From IMG/VR virus record IMGVR_UViG_3300037487_000664, positions 1 through 56,478 of that record: 56,478 nucleotides of DNA, one strand, 5' to 3'. The translations under genes and the position numbers were made by a program. Positions 35,240 through 44,359 of this stretch are shown piece after piece. The notes under the pieces are model-generated. The model worked only from the letters and a program-made list of their open reading frames with translations, ran no database searches and had not been told where the DNA came from. The number at the start of each line of letters is the position of its first letter. Positions within the stretch are counted from its first letter, which is position 1. This stretch comes from a virus (taxonomy: Duplodnaviria; Caudoviricetes).

Positions 35240-37174
35240 ATGCCTAATTCCTACACTCAGGTTTTTGGCGGAAACACCATCTACCCGTCCGACGTCTCGT
35301 ATCTCGCGCTTACGCTGACCGCCAACATCACGCTGGAGTGGCCCCTTGAGGCCAGCACGGGCAACAATGTCGTCGCCCGCATCCTCGATGTTACCTCCAA
35401 CGGCGCGTTTTCTATCAGCATGCCGAACGCCACGCAGACGGGCGTCGGCCAGACCATCCTGTTTAATAACGTCGCGGCCACCACCTTCACGGTGAAGAGC
35501 TACACCGGCACCACGCTCATCAGCATCCCCAGCGGCACGCAGTGGGAGCTGTATCTGACAGATAACACCACCACGACGGGAACGTGGCGCGCGTTCCAAT
35601 TCGGAGCCGCTACGACAAGCGCGCAAGCCGCCGCGCTGGCCGGATACGGTCTCGTAGCGCAGGGCGCTACGTTGGCGCAGTCGGAACCGGTCACGGTGTT
35701 CAACACCAGCTACACGTTTGGCGCGGCAGACCGGGCGGGCGCGTATGTGTGGGACGGGGGCTTGGGTGCGGTCACGCTGCCTGCCGCGTCGACGGCGGGC
35801 AATAACTGGTTCGTCTCCCTGCGCAACGACGGCACGGGAAACCTGACCCTCACCGCCGCAGGCAGCGACCTGATCAACGGCGCGGCCACCCTCGTCCTGC
35901 GCCCCGCCGACAGTGCCACCGTGGTCACCGACGGCGTCTCATTCTGGACAATCGGACTGGGACAAGACCCGGTATTTGCCTTCGACTACACGTCGATCAG
36001 CATAACCAGCCAAACGTCGCCGTACACGCTCAGCGGCGCAGAACTCAACCGCATCGCGTACCAGTTTGTCGGCGTCCTCACCGCCAACATGATCGTCTAC
36101 GTGCCTGCGACAACGCAGCAGTACTGGGTTGCAAACGACACGACCGGCGGCTCCTTCACGCTGAGCGTCGCGACCTCTACGCAGGCCGCGCCGCTCACCG
36201 TCACGCGGGGGTCGCGCGGCATCTACTACTGCGACGGGACGAGCGTCCTCAAGGCCGACACCGCCTCCATCGCCGTGCCCATCTCCATCTCTGATGGCGG
36301 CACTGGGTCTACGACCGCGTCAGGGGCACGTGTAAACCTCGGCGGCACATCCGTAGGCATCGCGGTCTTCACGGCGGCGAGTGCGGCGGCGGCGCGTACT
36401 GCCATCGGCGGTGCTGCTGACGGTGCCAATAGTGACATCACCTCTTTGACGGGTCTGACGACGGCGTTGTCTGTGGCGCAGGGCGGCAGTGGTCAGTCCT
36501 CCTTCACGAACGGCCAACTGTTAATCGGCAACACCACCGGCAACACGCTCACCAAAACGTCTCTGACGGCAGGCAGCGGCATAACAATCACGCCCGGCGC
36601 TGGTTCTATTACCATTGCGGCTCCGGGGTCTGGCGGTACGGTTACGAGCATCACGGCGGGCACCGGCCTGACGGGCGGCGCGATCACCACCTCCGGCACC
36701 ATCGCGCTGGACTACACTGCGGCCAGCCCGTGGACGGGCAAGCAGACGTTTACCGGCTCGACCAGCGTCTTGGCGGCTAAATTCGTCAACGCCCTAGAGA
36801 CGGCCACGATCAGTGCCATAGCGGCGACGGGCACCATCAACTACGACATCACAACCCAGAGCGTCCTCTACTACACGACCAACGCCTCGGCTAACTGGAC
36901 GACGAACCTGCGCGCCTCCTCCGGCACGACGCTGAACACGGCGATGGCGACGGGTGAGAGTATCACGGCGGCCTTCCTCGTTACCCAAGGGGCTACCGCG
37001 TACTACAACAGCGCCGTGCAGGTGGACGGCACAACGGTCGGTGTCACGATAAAGTGGCAGAGCGCGGTGCCTACGGCGGGCAATGCCTCCGGTATCGACG
37101 TCTACACCTACACCGTCATTAAAACCGCAGCCTCCACGTTCACCGTCCTCGCCTCTGTCACCCCCTTCGTGTAA
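35240..37174 (+). CDS. tail fibre / tail protein
   Basis: TLPAAS..GN.W, GGTG.TTA..AR.NLG, GANSDITSL, GTVTSITAGTGLTGG; C-terminal adaptor domain. Confidence 0.8.
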   Translation: MPNSYTQVFGGNTIYPSDVSYLALTLTANITLEWPLEASTGNNVVARILDVTSNGAFSISMPNATQTGVGQTILFNNVAATTFTVKSYTGTTLISIPSGTQWELYLTDNTTTTGTWRAFQFGAATTSAQAAALAGYGLVAQGATLAQSEPVTVFNTSYTFGAADRAGAYVWDGGLGAVTLPAASTAGNNWFVSLRNDGTGNLTLTAAGSDLINGAATLVLRPADSATVVTDGVSFWTIGLGQDPVFAFDYTSISITSQTSPYTLSGAELNRIAYQFVGVLTANMIVYVPATTQQYWVANDTTGGSFTLSVATSTQAAPLTVTRGSRGIYYCDGTSVLKADTASIAVPISISDGGTGSTTASGARVNLGGTSVGIAVFTAASAAAARTAIGGAADGANSDITSLTGLTTALSVAQGGSGQSSFTNGQLLIGNTTGNTLTKTSLTAGSGITITPGAGSITIAAPGSGGTVTSITAGTGLTGGAITTSGTIALDYTAASPWTGKQTFTGSTSVLAAKFVNALETATISAIAATGTINYDITTQSVLYYTTNASANWTTNLRASSGTTLNTAMATGESITAAFLVTQGATAYYNSAVQVDGTTVGVTIKWQSAVPTAGNASGIDVYTYTVIKTAASTFTVLASVTPFV

Positions 37175-38796
37175 TGGCCTCCAAACTTATCCAGATAAAG
37201 TCGGAACCGGGTATCAAGCGCGACGGTACGCGCCTCGAGGGGACGGGCTATACCGATGGGCAGTGGGTCCGCTGGCAACGGGGCTTGCCGCGCAAGATCG
37301 GCGGCTATCGCTCCATTAACAAGTATCTTCAGGGCCTCGTGCGCGAGCTTAATGCGTACACGCAGGACAACCTGACCTACGTCCACGCCGGGTCATCCAG
37401 CTTGGTCGAGCGCTTCTACATAGACAACACGAACAACACGAGCATCATCGTCGACCGCACGCCTGCCGGGCTCACTGTTGACGACGGCAACATGTGGCAG
37501 TTCGACGTGGCCACCCTGCTGTCCGGCGGCATCCCATCGCCCCTCCTTATTGCGCAGGTCGCGCCCAATCTGGACTGCATCTGCAACAGCACCGGCGGGG
37601 AGCTGTACTACGGGGACTTGTTCGCCACGACGCCGCTGGTGCCCATAGCGCTGCCGACCGGCGGCAGTGCCACTGGCGGCATTGTAGCCGTCCAGCCATA
37701 CACCTTCTTCTACGGAGACAACGGGTACATCGCGTTCTCCGTGGCGGGCGACCCTACGGACTTTGTTGGCGCGGGCTCGGGCTCTGTAAACGCCGCCTCG
37801 CAGAAAGTCGTGCGGGGCTATGCGGTGCGCGGCGGCGCGGGGAACTCCCCCTCCGCGCTGTTCTGGACGGCGGATGCGCTGATCCGCGCCACCTTTGTCG
37901 GCGGCGCAGAAGTGTTCCAGTTCGACACCATATCGGCTCAAACCTCCATCCTCGGCGCGAACACGGTCATTGAGTACGACGGCGTGTTCTATTGGTGCGG
38001 CGTGGACCGCTTCCTGATGTTCAACGGCGTCGTTCGCGAAGTGCCTAACCTGTTCAATTTAAACTTCTTCTTTGACAATCTTAACTACTCCTGCCGCCAA
38101 AAGGTGTTTGTCCTAAAGGTTCCCAAGTACGGGGAAATCTGGTGGTGCTTCCCGAAGGGGTCTGCGACCGAGCCTGATCACGCCGTGATATACAACGTGC
38201 GCGAAAACTCGTGGTACGACACCGCACTGGCCAACGGGGGCCGCTCTGCGGCCCAGTTCCCTACGGTGTTCCGCCGCCCCCTGATGACGGGCTCGGTGCC
38301 GTCCATAACCGCCACCTCCTACCGCATAACGGAGGCGGATGACGCGCGGATCACCGAGGAGGGCAACCTTCGCGTGACGGAGGACAGCAACGTCTCCCGG
38401 TACAAGCTGTGGGTCCACGAGATCGGTATGGACGAGGTAGACGGCCAAGCCGTGCAGCCTATCCAGTCGTATTTTGAGACGGGCGACATCGCGCTGCCGC
38501 TCTTGGACGGCACAAACCGGTCTCTGCAGGTGGTGATGGTCGAGCCGGATTTTGTGCAGACCGGCGACATGACCCTGCAAATCCAAGGGAACGCGAACGC
38601 CCGCGCCGACACGGTAAGCGGGGACGCGGTGACCTTTGCGGACACCGCGTCAACGGCCACAGAACAGGTGCTCTATTTCAAAACGCAGCGCAGGCAGTTG
38701 CGCTTCCGGTTCGAGAGCAATGTCGTCGGGGGCAACTACGAGATGGGCCACATTTTTGCGCACGTCCAGCCCGGCGACGGGACGACCCTCGGATGA
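37174..38796 (+). CDS. tail nozzle / stabilisation protein (P22 gp10-like position)
   Basis: PGIKRDGT..WVRWQRGLPRKIGG, EIWWCFP..AVIYNVRENSWY; position before ejection genes. Confidence 0.72.
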   Translation: MASKLIQIKSEPGIKRDGTRLEGTGYTDGQWVRWQRGLPRKIGGYRSINKYLQGLVRELNAYTQDNLTYVHAGSSSLVERFYIDNTNNTSIIVDRTPAGLTVDDGNMWQFDVATLLSGGIPSPLLIAQVAPNLDCICNSTGGELYYGDLFATTPLVPIALPTGGSATGGIVAVQPYTFFYGDNGYIAFSVAGDPTDFVGAGSGSVNAASQKVVRGYAVRGGAGNSPSALFWTADALIRATFVGGAEVFQFDTISAQTSILGANTVIEYDGVFYWCGVDRFLMFNGVVREVPNLFNLNFFFDNLNYSCRQKVFVLKVPKYGEIWWCFPKGSATEPDHAVIYNVRENSWYDTALANGGRSAAQFPTVFRRPLMTGSVPSITATSYRITEADDARITEEGNLRVTEDSNVSRYKLWVHEIGMDEVDGQAVQPIQSYFETGDIALPLLDGTNRSLQVVMVEPDFVQTGDMTLQIQGNANARADTVSGDAVTFADTASTATEQVLYFKTQRRQLRFRFESNVVGGNYEMGHIFAHVQPGDGTTLG

Positions 38797-39023
38797 TCAA
38801 CCCAGTCAATATGACCTTACGCGATTGGGCAGATAGCGTTATATTAGCTATCGGTGATGCTCGGTCCTTCGGGAAACTGATGGACGAAGAGCGTTGGCAA
38901 GACTGGGCCATGAGTTTCGTTCGCACGACGAACTTTACGCAACAGCTTGTACCCGATCCATACCAGTTCTCTGATTGGCGCGAGTGGGCACAGCGGGCGT
39001 ACCCGATGCTAGAGGCAGGCTAA
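38793..39023 (+). CDS. small Trp-rich virion-module protein
   Basis: WQDWA..PDPYQFSDWREWA. Confidence 0.7.
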   Translation: MINPVNMTLRDWADSVILAIGDARSFGKLMDEERWQDWAMSFVRTTNFTQQLVPDPYQFSDWREWAQRAYPMLEAG

Positions 39024-39024
39024 C

Positions 39025-41949
39025 ATGGACGGCTTTTCAGTAGGGGACATCCAACTCCCCGCCGACTTCGACCAGCGGATCGCGGCGCAACTTGCGGCGC
39101 AGGGCTACAACTTTGCTGTCCAGCCTTCCGCTCCGGCCACTGCGGCAACTGCCGCTCCGAACTTCGCTGTTCAACAGGCCGAGACCGTCGCGCCTGCCAT
39201 TTCCAACTTGACGCTGATCCCCGCAAAGCCGCCGACGCCGCCGCAGCCGATCTACGTCGGTTTTCCAGACACGCCAGACTTCGCTGTTCAGCAGGGCTCG
39301 CCGTTTGGCGCAACCGCCGGATTACCGAATTTTTCTGTTCCGTCTAATCCCCCGTCTTTTGATCCCAATGTCATGGCCGTAGATGACTTTATACCGAGGG
39401 GACCGCCACGCACGTCTACGGCTTCGCCTGCCGACCTCTTCAACGTCAACAAGACGGGCATGGTCGACGAGCGGGGCATGGGTGAAAACCTACCCACCTT
39501 TGCCGTGGCTGGCGCGACGGGCACGGCAGCGCCAACAGACCTAACCGTGGCTAATGCGACGGGCACTGCAGCGCCGACAGGCACGGCAGCGCCGACGGGC
39601 ACGGCAGCGCCGACAAACCTGACTGTGGCTGGCGCAACGGGGGCCGTGCCCCTCGGTCCCGGCGTCACCCTCAATCCGCAGGGCCTGACGACCCCGGAAG
39701 TGCCGACGATCACGGCGACACCGGCAGCGGCGTTTGATTACAGCAAGTTGTCCACAGGCGAGCCGCAGCTCGTGGCCGCTGGTGCGTCGTACAAGAACAA
39801 CGCCACCGGGCAGATGGTCCCGGCGGGCACAGATCACTACGTCACCTACACCAACGACGGCGACTTTGCGGGCACGGTCATGGTCGCCCCCGGCCAGAAA
39901 ATCCGCATGATCGACCGGGCTAACAACAACAGCGTGGTGTTTGAAGGCACCGGGCCGGAGGGTGCCAAGCAGGCCGTGGCCCTTGCCAACGCCGTGTCGG
40001 CGGACAAAGGCCGCAAGGCCGCGTGGGCCATCGAAGCGGACCAGACGAATAACGGCGACTGGAAGATACAGGCATACGAGCGGTACGACCCAAAGAAGCC
40101 CAACTTAATCGGTGGAATATTCACTTACGCCTTTCCCAAATTAGCCGACATCGTGCTGCCGATCCTCGGGGCCATGATAGGTGGTCCGTTAGGTGCCGCT
40201 GCCGGATCGGCTGTCTCCAGCGTCGCTCAGGGCCGCAGTCTCGAAGCGACGGCGCTGCGTGCCGGGCTGGCCGGGGCCACATCCTTCGGCGCGGATAAAC
40301 TCGCCCCGTTCGTGACTCAGGCAATTGCGAATGTCGCCGGACCTGCCGTAACAAACACTCTTACTAATGTCGCCACTGACGCTGTCGTAAACACCGCCGT
40401 GAACACCGGCGTGAAGGCCGCTGTCGACGTTGCTGCTGGTAGCGTTTCAGAAATAGTGGTTACCGCCGCCGCCAAGAGCATCGTGGGCCAACTTATCGCA
40501 CAAGGTGCGTCGCAAGCGGTTATCAACACTGCCGTCAATCAAATTGCGCAAAACATAAAAGCCGGTCGCCCCCCGACTGAGGGTGTGGAGACATCGCCGC
40601 CGCCGGGGGCCGACACCTTTTCGGGCAGCAGCGGCACCCCCAGCCTTGCAGGCGGTACGGGTCCCAACCTTGTTTCGGAAGAACTAATTGTAACGGCGAC
40701 GAAGGACGCGGCCAACAAAGTATCGTTTGCCGATCTCGTCCTGAAATATGGCGAAGATATCGCAAAAGTGGCTTTCAACGCAGCGGCGAGCGCAATACTC
40801 CCCTCGGACAAACCGCCCACTACGGAGCCGCCATTAAAGCCCGGCGAGGTACGGCTACAAGAACTTGCACTTGAACGAACGGCAACCGAGGGCGCGGCGC
40901 GCGGCCTTAATGTCGACCAATTAGTTGCCTTGGGTATCCCTGCGGCGATGGCTTTTGCCGCAGTACGCGGGGTTACTGGGACGGAGGCTTTACAGAGTGT
41001 AAACCCCGTTTCTACCACCAACGTCGCGGCCAACCCGCCCCCCGGAAACGTCACGGGCCTCACGCCGACAAACGTCGTTGGACCGCCTCAAGGCTTGCTC
41101 GCCGCCATTACTGGGGGCACGCTCCCGGCTTGGATTGCGGCTAACCCCCTCCTCGCCGCGCAACTTGGACTGGTGGCGGCGGGCGCGGTGTCCAGTCTGG
41201 TTGGTGGCGGTGGCGGCGGTGGCTCCGGCGGCGCGGGTGGGACTAGCTCCCTCCAGCAACAACGCGCCAACCTGTCGCCTATTTTCAGGGCTCAACTCGG
41301 CGCACCCCGTGGCCTGTTCAGCGTCTTGGGATCAACACCCACGCTCCCCAACTCGCGTCCGGGCAACAACTTCAGCGTAACGCCCTCTGGCGGGACCACC
41401 CCCACAACCGCAACCCTCCCCACAACCACGGCCACCCCTACGACCACGGCCACTCCCACGACTGCTGGCGTTCCCAGCACGCCCTCCCTCTCCGCCTACC
41501 TAGCCCTGTATCCCGACGTGGCTGCCGCTGCGGCAAAAGACCCTAACGGCTACGGCGACGCCGACGGCGACGGCACCATAACGGCCAGAGACTTTGCCCT
41601 CGGCCACTATCTTAGGTACGGCGTTAAAGAGGGCCGCAAGATGGGGGCCAAGGCCGGTGGCGCAGTCCACGGCTACGCCACCGGCTCCTCCCCTAGGCGC
41701 GAGTTTGCGGTTCAGGGCAGAGGCACAGGCCGCAGCGACAGCATCCCCGCCGTCCTAAGCGACGGCGAGTACGTCATGGACGCGGAGACAGTGGCGCTGC
41801 TGGGTGACGGCTCAAGCAAGGCTGGGGCCGCGAAACTTGATAAGTTCCGTGTTAGTGTGCGCAAGCACAAGGGCCGCGACTTGGCGCGGGGCAAGTTCAG
41901 CGTTAACGCTAAATCACCAGAAGCCTACTTGTCTGGAGGACGTACTTAA
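39025..41949 (+). CDS. internal virion/ejection protein with C-terminal GTGRSDSIPAVLSDGEYV domain
   Basis: 974 aa, low complexity, Gly-zipper segment; YLALYPDV..HYLRYG.KEGR motif. Confidence 0.72.
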   Translation: MDGFSVGDIQLPADFDQRIAAQLAAQGYNFAVQPSAPATAATAAPNFAVQQAETVAPAISNLTLIPAKPPTPPQPIYVGFPDTPDFAVQQGSPFGATAGLPNFSVPSNPPSFDPNVMAVDDFIPRGPPRTSTASPADLFNVNKTGMVDERGMGENLPTFAVAGATGTAAPTDLTVANATGTAAPTGTAAPTGTAAPTNLTVAGATGAVPLGPGVTLNPQGLTTPEVPTITATPAAAFDYSKLSTGEPQLVAAGASYKNNATGQMVPAGTDHYVTYTNDGDFAGTVMVAPGQKIRMIDRANNNSVVFEGTGPEGAKQAVALANAVSADKGRKAAWAIEADQTNNGDWKIQAYERYDPKKPNLIGGIFTYAFPKLADIVLPILGAMIGGPLGAAAGSAVSSVAQGRSLEATALRAGLAGATSFGADKLAPFVTQAIANVAGPAVTNTLTNVATDAVVNTAVNTGVKAAVDVAAGSVSEIVVTAAAKSIVGQLIAQGASQAVINTAVNQIAQNIKAGRPPTEGVETSPPPGADTFSGSSGTPSLAGGTGPNLVSEELIVTATKDAANKVSFADLVLKYGEDIAKVAFNAAASAILPSDKPPTTEPPLKPGEVRLQELALERTATEGAARGLNVDQLVALGIPAAMAFAAVRGVTGTEALQSVNPVSTTNVAANPPPGNVTGLTPTNVVGPPQGLLAAITGGTLPAWIAANPLLAAQLGLVAAGAVSSLVGGGGGGGSGGAGGTSSLQQQRANLSPIFRAQLGAPRGLFSVLGSTPTLPNSRPGNNFSVTPSGGTTPTTATLPTTTATPTTTATPTTAGVPSTPSLSAYLALYPDVAAAAAKDPNGYGDADGDGTITARDFALGHYLRYGVKEGRKMGAKAGGAVHGYATGSSPRREFAVQGRGTGRSDSIPAVLSDGEYVMDAETVALLGDGSSKAGAAKLDKFRVSVRKHKGRDLARGKFSVNAKSPEAYLSGGRT

Positions 41950-42926
41950 TGGCCGATTTTTTTAGCAGCCCCACGCCGAGCACGCAGAACGTCTACTCGA
42001 CGTCAGAAACCGTCCTGCCGGATTGGTACACCAACTATGCGATGGACATTCTGTCCAATCAGCAGGCGATCTCCAATCAGCCCTACACGCAGTACAACCA
42101 GCCGCGTATCGCCAGCTTCGCACCGCAGCAGCAGCAAGCCTTCCAGCAGGCGGGCCAAGCGGCCACGAGTTACCAGCCGGGCCTCCAGCAGGCGATGCAG
42201 ACCACGCAGGCCACCGACCCCTATCTCGGCCTCTACGCCGCGCAGCCCTACATGGGCGCGTCGGCGCAGACCTCTGCCTCGCAGGTCGGTCAGTACATGA
42301 ACCCCTACACCGAGCAGGTCGTGAACCGCGTCGGTGAGTTGGGCGCGCGGACCCTGCGCGAGCAACTCCTGCCGCAGATCAGCGACCAGTTCGTCAGGGC
42401 GGGCGGCTACGGCGGATCGCGGCAGGCGGAGGCCATTGGCCGGTCATTGCGCGACGTGGCCGAGAGCACGCAGGCCAAGCAGGCCGAACTGCTGGCGGGC
42501 GGCTACAACAGCTCTCTGGGCGCGGCGGAAAACGACCTGACGCGCCTCGGCACCCTTGGCCAGAACATCGCCTCCGGCTACAGCACGGCGGGACAGCAGC
42601 AACTGGTCCAAGGCGCTCAGCAGGCGAACCTTGCGGGGCTGGCGCAGTCGATGGGCATCACTGGCGCAGGCGCTCTTCAGGCGGCGGGCGCGCAACAGCA
42701 GAACCAAGCCCAGAAGAACCTCGACCTGCAATATCAGGACTTCCTGCGGCAGCAGGCGTACCCGCAAATGCAGAACAACGCGCTTCAGGGCGCGCTGGCG
42801 GGCGTCCAGCCTGCGGTGCCGACAGCTAAAATCTCGGAGGGTACGCAGCCTACTACCGACTTCGCGCCTTCTGCGGGTGGTACGACGGCGCAAGTTCTCG
42901 CCGCCCTTGCCAAGTTGTTTGGGTAA
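41949..42926 (+). CDS. DNA ejection / pilot protein
   Basis: Q-rich; QYMNPYTEQV, GGYGGSRQA, QQQ.QAQ..LD..YQDF. Confidence 0.72.
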   Translation: MADFFSSPTPSTQNVYSTSETVLPDWYTNYAMDILSNQQAISNQPYTQYNQPRIASFAPQQQQAFQQAGQAATSYQPGLQQAMQTTQATDPYLGLYAAQPYMGASAQTSASQVGQYMNPYTEQVVNRVGELGARTLREQLLPQISDQFVRAGGYGGSRQAEAIGRSLRDVAESTQAKQAELLAGGYNSSLGAAENDLTRLGTLGQNIASGYSTAGQQQLVQGAQQANLAGLAQSMGITGAGALQAAGAQQQNQAQKNLDLQYQDFLRQQAYPQMQNNALQGALAGVQPAVPTAKISEGTQPTTDFAPSAGGTTAQVLAALAKLFG

Positions 42927-42937
42927 GAGATACGCAC

Positions 42938-44359
42938 ATGGCTATTGGCAACAAGATCACAGGCGCACTGACCAGCCTCTTTGGTGGCAACGAGGAAGAG
43001 GACACCCTCCCCGCTGCCCCGCTGAGTGTTAAGCCCACCTCTCCGAGCACCACGCCGGAAGGCGTGGTTGACTACGGGCAGATGAAGCTGCTGCTGCAGC
43101 AGCAGATCGAGCGCCTGCGCAACGAGCGTCCCAACCGGGCGGACGAGTTCCTCGCCTTCGCCTCGGGCTTGGGGCGTCCCACCAAGACGGGGAGCTTCGG
43201 CGAGAGCCTCGGCTACGCCAACGAGGCGCTCGCTAAACAAAGCGCCGAGAGCGCCAAAGCCCGTGCGGCGCGGCAGGAGATGATGCTGAAGTATGGCATC
43301 GACCTAGCCACCCTCGGCGTCGAGGAGCAGAAGAACATTCTTGCCGTGAAAGCGAAGTCGGCGGCGGAGCTCGCTAAGTACGGGCAACCTATCGAAAGAA
43401 GTATCAATACCCGCGTGAACAGCGCCGGGCAAACCATCGTCACTTACCTAACGACCGACGGCTACAGCGTAACCTACAACATGCAAAACCCGTTGCAGAC
43501 CACGGTGGCTAAATCACCGCTGACACCGGGCCGTCCCTCACCGTCCCCCCTTCCAACGAGCGGCGAGTTGCCAGCTACGCAAGCAGTTACGCCGCCACTT
43601 ACGCAACCGAGTGCGGCGGCGAAACCGACGTTCCTCGGAATGGATCGCAAAAAGCACCCCGTCGGCGAGACTTACGAAGGGCCGGACGGGTACATCTACC
43701 GAATGGCAGAAGGTGGCGAAGAGAATAAAATATCTCAGCAACCGTCAGAAGCCTTCAACGCGCGTCAGGGCAGAACCACGGCACAGATTGCCGTCGCAAC
43801 CGCAACCGAAAAGCCGACCACAGCCGAACGCAGTGATTTTCTTGACTACAAAAAATCGACGCGCGGCCTTGGGGAGGGTCTTGCCTCTATGAACAGGGCA
43901 CTTGCTGCCAACGCCCTCTCGTTCGAGGGAACCTTTGCCAGTCTGGCGTCGGGAGCCGCGCGTTTGACGGGCCTGAACAAAGAGGAACTCGCGGCGACAT
44001 CCGTGCTTAGAACGGCGCTGGGAGAAGCCGCGCTCGGTGCCCTCAAGGCTACGTTCCCGGGCGCTATCAGCAACGATGAGCGCAAGGCTCTAGACGAACT
44101 CTATGCGCGGGCCAGAACCGCCACCCGCGATGAGCGTATCGCCATAATAGGCGAGATACAGCAATGGATGACTAATAAACTCGCTGAGAGTAATGATGTC
44201 GTACAATCTTACCAGCAACAGTACCCGGCGTTTTTTGATACAAAATACATCGACGCGATTACACAGGCTCGCATAGCGATTAACCGCGACAAAAAGCCGC
44301 GCGAGGCAGTCATTCAGCGTTTAAAAGAACTCGGTTACACTATTCCGGGGGATCTATAA
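42938..44359 (+). CDS. internal virion/ejection protein
   Basis: PTKTGSFGESLG; LKATFPGAISNDE motif. Confidence 0.65.
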   Translation: MAIGNKITGALTSLFGGNEEEDTLPAAPLSVKPTSPSTTPEGVVDYGQMKLLLQQQIERLRNERPNRADEFLAFASGLGRPTKTGSFGESLGYANEALAKQSAESAKARAARQEMMLKYGIDLATLGVEEQKNILAVKAKSAAELAKYGQPIERSINTRVNSAGQTIVTYLTTDGYSVTYNMQNPLQTTVAKSPLTPGRPSPSPLPTSGELPATQAVTPPLTQPSAAAKPTFLGMDRKKHPVGETYEGPDGYIYRMAEGGEENKISQQPSEAFNARQGRTTAQIAVATATEKPTTAERSDFLDYKKSTRGLGEGLASMNRALAANALSFEGTFASLASGAARLTGLNKEELAATSVLRTALGEAALGALKATFPGAISNDERKALDELYARARTATRDERIAIIGEIQQWMTNKLAESNDVVQSYQQQYPAFFDTKYIDAITQARIAINRDKKPREAVIQRLKELGYTIPGDL

